NCBI GenBank assembly: GCA_040954595.2 | Contig: CM082578.2 | Coordinates: 16,786,998-16,850,997 of the forward strand | Reading direction: 5' to 3' | DNA from: Balanoglossus misakiensis | Taxonomy: Eukaryota > Animalia > Hemichordata | DNA length: 64,000 nucleotides | Part shown: positions 11,731 to 24,669 of the stretch, one piece after another | Position numbering within the stretch: position 1 is the first letter of the stretch | Layout of the letters: each line of letters opens with the position of its first letter | Made by a program: the position numbers and the translations under genes | Notes under the pieces: generated by a model | Told to the model about the DNA's origin: nothing | Seen by the model: the letters and a program-made list of their open reading frames with translations, nothing else | The model's database searches: none

Positions 11731-14700
11731 GTGCTGCCTCTATCAGTGGTATTTGTGGGCATGATCACATTTAATAATCTGTGTCTCAAGTATGTAGGAG
11801 TGTCATTCTACAATGTGGGTAGATCTCTGTCTACAGTCTTCAATGTGGTAAGTGAAGATTAGGTCCACTTATCATAAATGGTGTCAATTTTAGCTCAATG
11901 TGTTCTACATTCAACACAATGGCCATTGTATGTCTTCAAGCATCTACGAGAAACTAAAGAATAGTAATGTCTTCTTCGTAAGGAACGTACATGCAGACCA
12001 GTTTAATAAATGATGCAGTATGTCTGAAGACTATGAGGTTTGCCCATCATTAAGAATGAATGGTCTGAAGTTGTAAACCAGTGGACTATTTCAACATCAG
12101 TAAATTATAACCTGTCATTCAAAAGTAAAGAGTGGGCCTTGTAACTGAGATTATTGGTAATTAGCAAATTAAACATTCACTTGCCTCAGTGTACAATTTT
12201 TCACCATTTTGTTGTAATTTTTTATCAAATTAACAATCAAGAGATTTTTAACATACTTTATGTTCTGAAACCGAGGAGCAGGAATTGAAACATACTCAAA
12301 GTGAGAGTTACGTTTTCAAAGAATTGTTTGTTTTCATGGAGACTTGTGACTGGTGCACAGTCCCCGCGCCAAATACTGGTTCATTTGCAGTAATACTCAC
12401 CAACACACTTGGCAATGTCTAAACCACTTGACTGTGACCTTCAATAATGATGAGGAGTAGCAAACATTACAGACTGTCCAAATACATGCATTATTTGCTC
12501 CAGGAAATTAAGTTTTGGGTAAATGTGATCAACTGGAGACAGACTTTGCATGTTGGATAAGTTGAATAAATTTAGTGATTGGGCCAAAAAATTGAACTGT
12601 CGCTGGTCACCGCCCCCATCACTTTAAAAGTCCCACGTGGACCTTTTTGTCTGTTTAGATTAACTTGACAACTATAGGGGAAAAAGTAAAGAAAGTTATT
12701 TTGCCACCTTGGTTTTTGGAAAAAGCCCTGACTAGCAACTGCTCTTTTTATCAGATATTTACACACTATCATCAGTTTGATTGTAGGTCCCCAAAAGAGA
12801 CAGAAATTTAAGACAAATTGAGAACAGAAAGATGACTTTCACCAGAAACGTTCTTTATTCAAATCAATTGCTGTATTTTGACTTATGACTTTACTTAAAC
12901 ATCTGTGCGTTTTCCATCATAAATTCTCCACAAAGTGTTGAAAATTTCACATCTGGAGAAATTATTGCAAAGCCTACTCCAAACGATACGGAACTAACTC
13001 TCTGGTAGAGCAGTATCATAAAAATGGCACATTGGACACCTTTAAACATAAATTTATGAATTGTAAGTTTCAAAGGGGAAAAAAGGCTTTTTTATACGAT
13101 GTATTTGTCTCAAAAAATTTTATCATTTAATTTTACAGTTGCTATGCGTCAGAGTTGGATGCTGTTCAGCCTCAAATGTGCGTCAGGCTAGAAAGCAACA
13201 AATCATTCTTGAAATACTGAATGTCACAAGTTATCTCTACACTGCATGACAATACTGATGTCTCATAAAGTTCACCGGGTCATATCAATGAGAATATGAA
13301 AAAAAATTGCCTTTTGAGAAGTTTTTTCTAAAATAGTTGACATGAAATTGCAATTTGAAACACTCTAGATTGTCAGGTTTCTACTCTGCAGTACGTCAGT
13401 TGAGTTCATTTGCTATTATCACAGTGACATCCAGGAAACATTCATTATACTCTCTCGCACTGATTTTAACTTATCAGTTTGTCCACTTGAGATAAAAACT
13501 GTTGATATATTTCACGCGCTGATCAAAATCACATTAAAATGTTGGAGCTGTGCTCTTGGCTGAAAATTTGCATACATTTTTGATGTTTGCAAAGTCCGAC
13601 ATAGTGGACGGGTTTGAACTTTTTTTTACTCGTACTTCTGTGCCACTGCCTAAGTGTTTTCTTTGATTTTTTCCCTGTGAGCCAGAGGAAGTGCGCTGGA
13701 TGTGTGAGTGTTCTTAGCCGACTTGAGTAGCGATCGGCAAAGACTTGAGAGATTGGCCATAAACGTCACAGCATAATTTGCCACATAAATTTTAACTGCT
13801 TTAGGGCACTCTTGAGTGTGAGTGATATGGTCTTTGTGTTACCTTTGGCGTAACCGCCCCAAATTCAACACTCTGCTGGTAACACCACCTTGGGTGACAG
13901 CATATACTTCTCCAAGAAGGTGAATAGGAGAAAAACCTGCAAAGACAAATAGAAGAATTTTTGTCCAGGATGGAAAATTCGACGGAGGATGATGCTTGCG
14001 GTGAAGTGCATCAGAATGCTGCCGGTGTTGTGTTGATAGAAGCGTTGATCCTCAGTGTCTGCTTTGTGGTTGGACTCTTCGGCAACTCTCTGACATTGCT
14101 GGCTGTTTGGACTAACATGAAGCTGCAGAGTACAGCCAACATCTTTGTGGCCAATCTGGCCTTTGCTGATCTCTTGGTCTGTCTGATACTGGAGCCCTTC
14201 TTCATGGTGGGCATCGTCAACCAGGACTGGCCACTGAGCGACAGCCTCTGTACGCTCTTAGGGTTTCTCAGCATTGCTCTTCGAGGGTCGTCCCTCTGCA
14301 GTTTGGGCTGCATCGCCATAAACAGATTCATCACCATTACGAAATCGGCGGCGCTTAGTATTGCCATCTATACCACGCCTGTGATAGTCTTGATGTGTGT
14401 CTCCAGCTGGATTGTGCCTCTCTTGTTTGCTTTGCCGCCAGTGTTCGAATGGGGTGAATATGGCTTTGACAGCAGAACATTAATGTGCAAGATTGCCTGT
14501 GAGTCGCCGCTGAAGTTTTACATCTTACTCTCAGTGATACTTGTATCCATTGGTATCATCATCCTGGTCTGTTACTCAGGAATATTCATCCACGTCTGGA
14601 AAAGCAAACGGCGGGTGGAGGAGTCTGCCGAGCTCTCCGTAGGGCATCGGCAACAACAAAACAAGGACGAGGACACTTCCACCTCATCGCCGGAACATTC

Positions 14701-16929
14701 CGGACAGTCCCCGAAAAGGCAGGCAAAACGCAATCGGAAAAAGGAAATACGCATTGCCATCAATCTCTTCCTTGTTTTTGTTGTGTTCTGCGTCTGTTGG
14801 CTTCCGTTTGTCATTCTCTCGTTAGTGGACTTAGAAAAGAATGTCAAGCAAGGCTTCTGGAGGGCTTGCACGTTGCTCTCTTTTGCTGCCTCCTCTGTCA
14901 ATTTCATCCTCTATGCTCTGAAGAATAAACAGTTTATAGCAGCATACAAGAAAGTGCTGACTTTTCCCTGTCGCAAATGTCAAACCTGAAGATCCTGTAA
15001 TTTTTTGCACATCATGAAATTACTGTCGCAAATATAACTTACTCTCCATATTTCCAGTTTGGTTATATGTCGTGCAATGAAGAGACTGAAAGCTTTCTAG
15101 TTAATATTATTTATTTACTGTTGCTATGAAAATAGCATTATACTGTGACATTTGCAACCCAGACTTTACTGACTGCAACTTTTGCAGTTGTGTAAATACT
15201 CAACTCATTAATGACCGCAGCTTCGTATTGTTAACATGAAATTGAATAAACCCACGTACAACAGTCCACTCTCTTTGTCATGCTATTATTGCTTGCAACA
15301 CTTTTATATAACTTTATCACTTCTATGGCAGAAGTTTTAAGTTTTTCAGTTTGAAGGCCATGAAATCTATATCGCACTAGTCGAATTATTATGTGTACGA
15401 CCACACGGTGATGATCTCGTCTCCTTTGTTGTGACTGCTTCATTCTTTGAAATTTATTACCACTTAATTTTCTTGTGGGTATTTTGTCAGCAGTGAAGTT
15501 ATAAAAATGTCACCTGTGTATAAAATCTCAGACCAGATCGTATTCAATTCAATTCAGCATTTTTATTTTATTTTTGACGGAAAATCTAATCTAATAAAGG
15601 AAAGTGAAAATTGTTCAAAGTAAAGTGTACAAGTATACCTCCAAGTACATTTGATAACATAAGAAACTAATTGATATTTAACATTACAGCTACTAAAGAC
15701 TCAACCATTACACCACAAATCAAAAACACATTAGCACTGTAAACACGGAAAGATGTGATTTATACTACAGGCACACTGTACACTGTGGGTAAATTGAGGT
15801 GAACTTTGGTAATTTAGTTAAACAATCTTACAAATTCAAAATGTAATGTTTAAGTGATAGCTCATCCGGTATGGGGAGATGGAGCAAGGTCACCGCGTAC
15901 TTGTAATGTGTGTCGTATCATTTTTTCGTTCTGGTAATCATTACAGATACTGTCATATGCTGTGTTGAAACAGACCACATCAATAAAAGCCATAACATGT
16001 TGCTGTATCATCATTTCTGGTTTCATCCTGGGAGTTGATCAGGAAGGCAATACAGGTGAGATATCTAGCTTGATGTTTGGACAGGGCCAGTTGTTTTACC
16101 ACGTGACGTTTGACCAATGAATGCAGCAGGTGTGATTAACTGAATGTGTTAACTACAGCAGTCTTTCTTGGGATTCACCTGTTTCATTATACAGAGGTCA
16201 AGTACATGTACCTGGTCTCAGCAGCGCAATGTGATATCTCTTGCTACAGTAGCCAAAATTGATTTTTAAGTACACTTCAGGGCCATATATGTAGGTCTCC
16301 TTGAATGTTGCACACTTCACCATAACCATTGTTTGACCAAGAGTTTTCTTCTTTGTACTTTCACAGGTGTTCTCAGCTATATGGGTGTCGTCTATGGAAT
16401 TCTGGCCAGCCTGTGTGTCTCTATGAATGCCATACTCACGAAAAAGGTCTTGCCAGCCGTAGATGGAAGTATAGGAAAACTGCAATACTACAACAATATC
16501 AATGCATGCGTCCTGTTCATACCTCTCATGCTCTTGACGGGCGAATTCAATGTTCTCCTCAATTTTGATAAACTGTACGCCGGGGCATTCTGGATGATGA
16601 TGGTGATCAGTGGTTTGGTCGGTTTTTCTATAGGCTATGTCACAGGACTGCAGATTCAATACACAAGTCCCTTGACGCATAACATCAGCGGCACCGCCAA
16701 GGCCTGTGCTCAGACCATCATCGCCGTGGTGTACTACACTGAGATTAAGACTGTTCTGTGGTGGTTCAGCAACCTGATGGTTGTCTTCGGGTCGGCCGCA
16801 TACACACACGTCAAGAGCATGGAGATGAGGCAGGCGCATGAGGCCAACGTGAAAGCCATGAAAGCAGAAGACGAACAAGAAGAACTCATGAACAGCGGCG
16901 AAGAAGGTGATGATGAATCATCTGTGTGA
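11731..16929 (+). CDS. SLC35C1: GDP-fucose transporter 1, last three coding exons (11731-11847, 15947-16055, 16367-16929); 5' exons not found in the window
   Basis: GT-AG bounded exons join in frame: [39 protein letters not shown]|[12 protein letters not shown]...GVDQEGNT|GVLSY...[23 protein letters not shown]. These are SLC35C1 signature stretches. Confidence 0.93.
13970..14989 (+). CDS. Intronless class A GPCR of the melatonin/Moody/GPR84-like type, nested in an SLC35C1 intron
   Basis: Seven TM segments. TM1 GNSL, TM2 NLAFAD, TM3 IAINRF (an NRY-type motif, as in melatonin receptors), TM6 VCWLP and TM7 NFILY with a KNKQF..AY helix 8. Confidence 0.88.
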   Translation: MENSTEDDACGEVHQNAAGVVLIEALILSVCFVVGLFGNSLTLLAVWTNMKLQSTANIFVANLAFADLLVCLILEPFFMVGIVNQDWPLSDSLCTLLGFLSIALRGSSLCSLGCIAINRFITITKSAALSIAIYTTPVIVLMCVSSWIVPLLFALPPVFEWGEYGFDSRTLMCKIACESPLKFYILLSVILVSIGIIILVCYSGIFIHVWKSKRRVEESAELSVGHRQQQNKDEDTSTSSPEHSGQSPKRQAKRNRKKEIRIAINLFLVFVVFCVCWLPFVILSLVDLEKNVKQGFWRACTLLSFAASSVNFILYALKNKQFIAAYKKVLTFPCRKCQT

Positions 16930-18589
16930 TGAGCACAGATGGTGGTCTGTGAATCGACTTGAACAACGCTGGTCTTGCCTTGTTTCGATGTGTTAGTTTT
17001 ACGGTGCAGCTGACGGTAACTTGGCATGTGGTTCAACTCTTACTGCTATGCAAAAACTGTTTCTTCCAGTGTAGCTTTATTCTGCAGTGGGAGATGCCTA
17101 GTTAAACTGATGTAAACTGTTCAAGAACAACCTTCTGGTAACACCGTTGCATAATGAATATTTGATGCAGTGGATAAGTTGAACCACATGCCAAGTCTCA
17201 TTTTTTCAGGAGGGGAGGCCAAAGAGGGACTGGTCATGTTGACGTTTCTGTATTTCTTTTAATTTTTTTTTATAAATTGGCACTGTTTTCACTCACTCCT
17301 TGTAATTCCTTAAACACACAACTTGTGCTGGGTAGATTTTGATGTACTGAAGTATTTTTTCTCTCCATTTTATCAAGGTGGTGGGCTTTTAAAATAATTT
17401 CCCCACCACAGATAACTGATGCAAGCAAAAGCGTGAACGACATAGACTGGTATCACTGGTATCACCGCATGTATGTGAGGCTGAACACATCCTGTCCATT
17501 GGCTTTTGTAATGGCTGCGATTACATCTCAGCTTATATTTGTATATCATAATTATGATAGAGCATCTTGGCACATTGCATTGACGGTAAACATAAAGATA
17601 TGCTGACAAGTGGGTCATTCACTTGATTCCATCTACGTGTCCGAAATCTGAAATATAACCATGCAGCGAGTATTGTTTATTATAATGCCACTGATCTTAC
17701 AGCTTGGCATTGCAGGGACCAATTTGAGAATTACAGTTGTAGCCATCGTAGGAAACATTTTATTTTCTCCTTGCAACGAGTATATTCAAGATATATTTTG
17801 AAAAGTTATGCCTTTGTCCTGTATACAAAGAGCTGCACTCATTCCAACAGTGGGAATGTGGTAATCTAAAATAATTTCAGAAATTGAACTGAAAGTGCAA
17901 TGTGGAACATTTCTCTTTCTTGAGCTTTAGTGTGCTGTGCATAAAAGATTCAAATGCCGAAATATTAGATTTGTTATATGTATTTATTGTGTCATTTGAC
18001 AATAACAGTCCTGAATGTTTCTACAGATGTGTAACTTTATTCACAAATTGAAATTGATGCTGTATATTTAATGATTAAATTGGTCAGTTTATAATCACCT
18101 TGTTCATTACCATTATCAACATGGCTGTGGTAGTAAGGGGAGGTTTCTGCTATTTGAACAAAGCTTATTTGTATGTCTGCTTTAATAATTTTTCACTGGG
18201 TGTCTGATGGCAGTTGTTTTGTTTGGGGCATTGAGATGTTTTATATTTTGCCTGCCTAAAAATACTAACTTAAAAAATACTATGTAGTATGTTTTCTTTT
18301 CAAGAATGGTAACAGTTTTTTTTTAGTCTTGGGTTTGTAAACATTTTTTTTTCTTTTACTTGAATAAATTATTCATGATTTCTTCAAGTAAATTGAGATG
18401 TGATTGTTATTTACTTCAAAGGTATCAAAAATAAAGTGAAAGTGTGCATGTTTTAATTTTCTATGATCAGTTTAGGTACCCTCAATGTTGAAAAAAATAT
18501 TTTTCTGGGAGGCAAATGACTGCAAGAAACAAAAATAGCTTCGCGTGGTTCGTTCACATGTATCTTCTTTTTCGTACTGGGCAGAGTAT

Positions 18590-18700
18590 GGGAGAGCGCC
18601 CACAAGCGACGAATCTTCAAGTCTAGACTGAAGGTCAAAGGTGAACTTTATGACGTCATGGTTACCCTGTGTATACATTGATCACGCAGAAAGATGGCAG
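18590..18700 (+). promoter_or_regulatory. Proximal promoter of the coiled-coil gene
   Basis: CpG-enriched. Contains a DR1-like aggtcaaaggtga (18632-18644), a CRE tgacgtca (18651-18658), an RFX-like half site catggttacc, and a YY1-type aagatggc overlapping the ATG. Confidence 0.45.
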
Positions 18701-21700
18701 CTGACAACGGGACAACTGAATCAATTAGCAAGAATATCAGTGTAAGTACTTGTCAACAAGTGGCATCCTTACACAAGCAATCGCATAAGCAGTGTTTCTG
18801 TAGGCGATGTCTTGGATAAGCAAACAAACACAGAATGTATGCGGTATGCATCATGAATACCAGTCGTACATCAAGCTGTGGGACTGCAGACATTGACTCA
18901 AGTCAGTACTACAGCCAGACAAGCTAGACTAGAATATTCCAAGGTTTCTTATTTTATCACAGGCGTCTCAAGTGTCTCGCAACATCAGTTTGTTTCTGCT
19001 ATAAATTTTATCGTAGGATTTTAGGTTCCCCTTGCCAGTCCGTGTGTGTTTGCAGTGGGCAAGAATGTTGGTATTACAGGAAGGACATTCCACTCCATCT
19101 TGATCATGTTGATATCTGGGAGATGGTACACATACAGTACCATGCAACCCTGCTATACTCATTACATTCTCAATGTGTGATGTCAGCATTTAAAGGCACT
19201 GATGATTGATGCTCATTCAAAAGTTTGTTGACCTTTTTGGCAGTAAGCCAGTACCATTAAAATTTTATATCACTGTGTAAAAAGTGAAAGTCCTGTCAAA
19301 AAGGTGATATTCAGGACATGTATTTTTGTATTTGCTCAAAAAGAATGACAGTAAAATGGTATTTGGCCTACCGGTAGTTCTTAAAATGTTTGTATATTGT
19401 TATATTCTGATTTTCAAATAGATGAATGTATTTTGATATTATTAAATTTACAGACTGTACTTGATAAGTTGGACAAAGTGTCCCAGAAGAACAGCTCATT
19501 AATCAAGGAACTGGAAGCTATTGAAGGGAAGGCCAATGAGAAAAGTAGTGCAGAACTGATTCAGGCTCTAAAAGAACATCTCAAAACAGCAAAAGATAAC
19601 AATACACAGGTAAGGCTGTGATCGTCAAATTGATTTTTCCATCAAGAATCAGTACTTAACAGACCAGTGAATGTTAATTATTTTCCTTATGTTGTGATGA
19701 TTTGACCACCAGCTACAAGAGACACTACAGAGTCAAAGTGCTGCACTGAAGGAAGACTATGACAAGATAAACAAAAAGAATGACAATAATAAACAAGGGC
19801 CAAATGATTGGTAAGTCTGAAAACATTGTCTATTGATGTTCCACATACATGATGGTTTTCAGATGTATTCACAGTTCTTCCAATTATGAACAAGTGGTTG
19901 ACAATGATTTTTTGAAGACAGCAGCCCATGTCATTCATTCTAGTGTGTTTAAATCTGAAACTTGGACATTGTAAAATTATAATACCAGTTTACAATTTGG
20001 TCCAAAATGTTCGAGTTTCTAAGCGAAGACTGACCAAAATGTCTTACAGGCAAACAAGATCAGGAGAACAAGAACTCAGCTACCAACTCAAAGAACAGGT
20101 GTCTAAAAATGTAGAAATGCAGAATTCCAAACTCAAGACGGAGTTAGCGCTGTATGAAAGAATAGAAGCCCTCAAGTTGATGGGACAGACAAACAAGAAA
20201 CTACAAGCAGATGTTAATACTTCGAGGGGAAACACACAAAAATTATTGAAACTCTTTGATAAAAGAGCAAAAGAAGGTAAGAAAAGAAGAGATCCACTCA
20301 CCTCACACCAACAGAACATAACTTTTTATGAGCAATATACTGAAAAACAAATTTTGATGAAACTTTCTTTCATAGACAAGTCATGGTTGACGGTGCCTAA
20401 TACTTGGTGCATGTATTAATTTTCAGCTGAAAAAAGATTATCTGAAATGGAAGAAGAATTAAAAAGATCTCAGGAAGTGTCTCAAAGATATCAAGAACTT
20501 TATGAAGCTGAAAGAAGGAAAGCACAAACTAAGACAAGTGCAGACACACCCAGAACAGAGAGAAGTACAGAAAGTGCTGGGTAGGAATTATCAGATTACT
20601 TGTTATGTATTCTTATTTGGCCTCAAAAAGCTGTAGGCCTAAAATGTTCCATTTCTGTGGCCAACCTATATGGATTATTTAATTGCGCCATTTGTCATTT
20701 TCTGCTGATGACGCTTCAAATTGTTCTTTCAGAGATGATCAGGTGGAGAATAGCAATGAGAAACAGGACGGATCTAAAGGTGAAAAGGTAGACAAGAGAG
20801 CAACATCTGCTAAAAATAAAACGTCTGCGTCATATTCTGATCTACAGCGAAAATATCAGGTATGTGGTTCTGTCATTTCCCCCCCCCCCCCCAAAAAAAA
20901 GAAACCACGCATGTTCTGTGCGTGTCTCCCAAAATATCAGTGATCACATTATTACTTCAATTCTGCAGTTATCAAAATGAAATGAATTTTCACTTCAGAT
21001 TCTCATAGATGACAATGATCGACTCAAGGATGAAGTAAAGCGCCTCAGATATGAAAATGGTGATTTATACAAACGTGCCAAGGAAGCTGGAAGTTGTTTG
21101 CAGATACTGAAGGTTAGTTCAGCGAAATATGTTTTTGTTACTGCTATTTGGTTTAGCTGTCTTCACTCAACTTTTCTTTCTACTAAAATAAAATATTGTT
21201 TCCTATATATAGCAATAAAACACATTGGCTGAAAAATGTCAGTGAAATTCAATATTTCTGTTCTCAGTCAAGAGTTTGTCTGCAGTAAAGTCAACAGTCA
21301 GATAATCATTTCTGGAAAGTGAATGTTGGTAATTAATTTTCCCCAGCAGCCACAGAAAAACTAGAGTTTTATAATGACATGTCTTTCTTTATCACAACAG
21401 AGTCAAGTAGCAACAAGTTTTACTGACAGAGAACAGCTCCAAAAACAATTACGTAAACAAAAACAAGAGGTAAGCATATATCACCCGCATTGGTATTATA
21501 TACCACACAGTTTTGAAATTTAATTTCATCCATGCTATATTTGTACTCGTTGATCAGGTTCTGATCATTTTTTTGAAAAGCAAGACAATCACACCCACAG
21601 CTGTTCTGAGTTTTGGAGACAAAGGTAACAGCTGACCAGCTTTCTAAATATCCAAACTATTAAAGTATTAGTACATTTTGATTTGTTATGACTTGACAGC

Positions 21701-22198
21701 AACATAAACTGGAACGATCAATGACAAAGCAGGCAAATGATTGGATAGAATGTAAAAGACAACAACAGAGACAAGAAGAGGAATACAGATGGAGTCAGGT
21801 GGGATAATTCTACATCTCTTGTGTCATGATTGGACAACAGCTGCCCTTTTTGTGTTTGCCAATCACATATTGTTCCCTAATAGCATGCTATAATGCCTAA
21901 CATGGTGAAGATTTTGCCAAAAACTACTTAGAACGACAATTGATTTGGGGTGGTGTTTCCAAATTTGCTGCATCAATAGTAATATGTACATGTTACTGAT
22001 TTACAGTGATCTTGTGTTACATGTGTTAGCACCTTGAGGTTGAAAGAGGGTTTTGACTTTTCAAACTTTGACCATTCATTTCAGATTGGACCGATTTCAG
22101 TGGTTGGTGCAGAGAAGCGAGCATATGCAAATCCAGTCACCAAACAAGAAGACACACCACGTGATATACCTGTCGAACAGTGGGCGATAAACAATTGA
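18694..22198 (+). CDS. Uncharacterised ~401-aa coiled-coil protein, 10 exons
   Basis: Exons 18694-18741, 19454-19609, 19713-19810, 20050-20276, 20427-20580, 20733-20859, 20999-21112, 21401-21469, 21700-21798 and 22085-22198. All introns are GT-AG, and the exons sum to 1206 nt in one frame. The protein has K/E/Q/L-rich heptads. No family recognised. Confidence 0.8.
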
Positions 22199-22558
22199 AA
22201 ACAGTTTGAACAGAAGATTGAAAACCTTGGTTTCAAACCAGGTTTTCTTCCAGACATTTGGCTTTTATCCACCACAGCCAAGTGAGCCAACAGGTTCAAT
22301 CTTTTATATGCCACGTGATGCTTTTCTGCAGGGTATAAACCGTGCGCATGCACACAGTAAATTTTTGTCCCACTTCATGTGTCTGCAATATTGCATTTTT
22401 AAAGAGATGTGTAAGACATTTTTATATCAGAGATCTATGTTTCATACTTAAGTGTCAATATTTTAGCCTTTCTTGACCATGATTCAAACATTCATACAAA
22501 ATGATCACACATAGCTGGCCGGAATGGATTGTCGCCATGATGTTGGGGTACGGTTGTG

Positions 22559-22578
22559 AGAGCGCCCCCTAGAGATGG
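22559..22578 (-). promoter_or_regulatory. CTCF-like motif between convergent 3' ends
   Basis: agcgccccctagaga reads on the minus strand as tctctagggggcgct, close to the CTCF core consensus. Confidence 0.4.
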
Positions 22579-24469
22579 AGTCAACTTGCCTTGCTTCACA
22601 TGCACAAGGAGCTGCATGGAATCTTCAGCACAAACTTGCCAGTGTAGTGTCACTGATTAGACACTGTTAAAGGTGTCATGATACTCTCAAAAAAATTTTG
22701 GAATGGTACTTGTTGATATTTTGTTCCTTTCATTTACGTGCGTATAAGTATTTCTTGCCTGATTGGAGCTGATTAAAATTGGATGTAGAGATGCTAAAGG
22801 GCTCCCATTCTTATCTTGGGCGCGGCCGGGCGAGTCCTTAATGTTCTTGTTCTGTTGCCGTTCTGGCAACAGCTTTACATCTGCTTTTAATCAGGTTGAC
22901 CTTGATTCAAATTTGCCTTGAATCAGTACACTTTGGATGTTAATGTGTGAAAAAGACAGTACAATAATGAAATTCTTTTGGCTTGCAGATTTGTCTTTTA
23001 GTATGTTGACTGTTTTGTTTGTTTTGTGGTACTTGAACAGTATCAATCCATTTGCTTTATATTGTTTTGCAGTGCCAGTTAACTGTAGTGTTTGTGTTTC
23101 CGATATATTTGGTAAATGTATTTTTTGGAAATCATAACCTGCTTTGAAATTTAAAATTTGTTAAATTATCTGATGACTGTATTTAATTAGTACTCAAGAT
23201 TGATACTTGTGTACATATATATTTTTCATTTGTTTTCCTCAAGTACTGCAAACCACGATATGTTCAAGAGGTTTCTGGACAGTCTATGTGCAAGTGAGAA
23301 TGTCTTTGTATATTTGGTCAGTTCATTCAATATAAAATAATTGCTGGTAACTATGCTGATTTGATAATTGAGAGTTATTTTTGGAAAATTTATAAATACC
23401 AAAGCAATTTACATGTTTTGGTATTGCACAGGTTAGCTCGATACCATAAATACCACAGCTTGAAAGGAATGGAGCACTTGAATCTGAGTCGGTATTTGCA
23501 AAGTTTATTTCCTGCATTTAAAAACTTCTTGCCAGGCCATAAGTATACACAACATCTCATAAATCATACAATTTTCACTATATTGCTACTTTACATTCCA
23601 ACCTATCCATACTTGATTTTAATCAAATATAACCATTTCTGTGTCTCGGGTCATGAGTTGACAAAGCGACAACAAGGTTCCTCTATCAAACACATCATCC
23701 TGCAGACAAACTGGTTAGGGCAACACATGGTGGAAGTATCTACAAATTATCTACATGTCTGCTCTACTTCCTAGTTGATGTTACTTTTAACCTGTTGACC
23801 TTCCTCAACAAAATGCTCTGAAATACATTGGGTAAATTCATATTGTATTTCCAATACATACATGTCCATCCGATGTCATGCTCAATAAAACTAAAGTCAT
23901 TTATATGTAAATCGATATATTTTCAAAGATAATTATGTACATTATGACCACTAAAACCAGAGTGTTACCGATCACTTGCATGCATGCATGTAATCTATGT
24001 ATTAATAATTATACACATTCTCTGTGTAGTGTAAATATTATTGGTACATGTACATGAATCTCTCCCATGTACTTCCACAAGTCTGACCACAGCTTACCGG
24101 TACATTACTTTTAAAATTAAAATTAAAATTGAAGGATTTAATCCCTGAACAACCTCATAAAATACGGAATCGCTAAAATATAACAAGACCAGAAAAATAC
24201 AGTTTATGTAACAGGTAACTTCAGCCATTTCAGCACACATTGTTTTATGTCCATTACAAATTGCGAACATTCATATTACAGTCATTAAAATTCAAATCAG
24301 ATGACTTAAAAATGAGACCCAAAGTCTGCATAGCTATTATGAGTACGGTTATGAAAAGTATCACACCAATACCAGTACTGTGTATTGTAAAATTTGACAA
24401 TATCGCCAAAAATACTTCACTCCAAAAATAATCAGAAAACGTTATTTCAAAACCCAGATTTTGTTAGAA

Positions 24470-24610
24470 GTGAGCCTCTTCACTGTGAAACATGATTTTG
24501 TCTTGTAAATGAGCCTCTTGGTTGTGAATTATGAAATGTGACTATAATTTGTCTTGTCATACGTGAGCCTCTTCGTCATGTACACAAAACAAGCCCCTTG
24601 GCTGTAAAAA
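24470..24610. repeat. Short degenerate repeat (tgagcctctt...ttgtcttgt) in the PACC1 3' UTR
   Basis: Three copies of tgagcctctt, a fourth decayed copy (aagccccttgg), and two copies of tttgtcttgt. Confidence 0.5.
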
Positions 24611-24669
24611 TATCCGCTTTATGCAAATATGTGGAAGGCACCGTTGATTATAGTGGAGATTCCCTGTGC

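Noticed and set aside
3285-14989. Possibility that the GPCRs are opsins
   Set aside because: None has Lys at the retinal-binding position 7.43. The conserved basic residue in the TRHR-like paralogs is Arg7.39.
16198-16878. 226-aa minus-strand ORF
   Set aside because: It is the antisense shadow of the SLC35C1 last exon.
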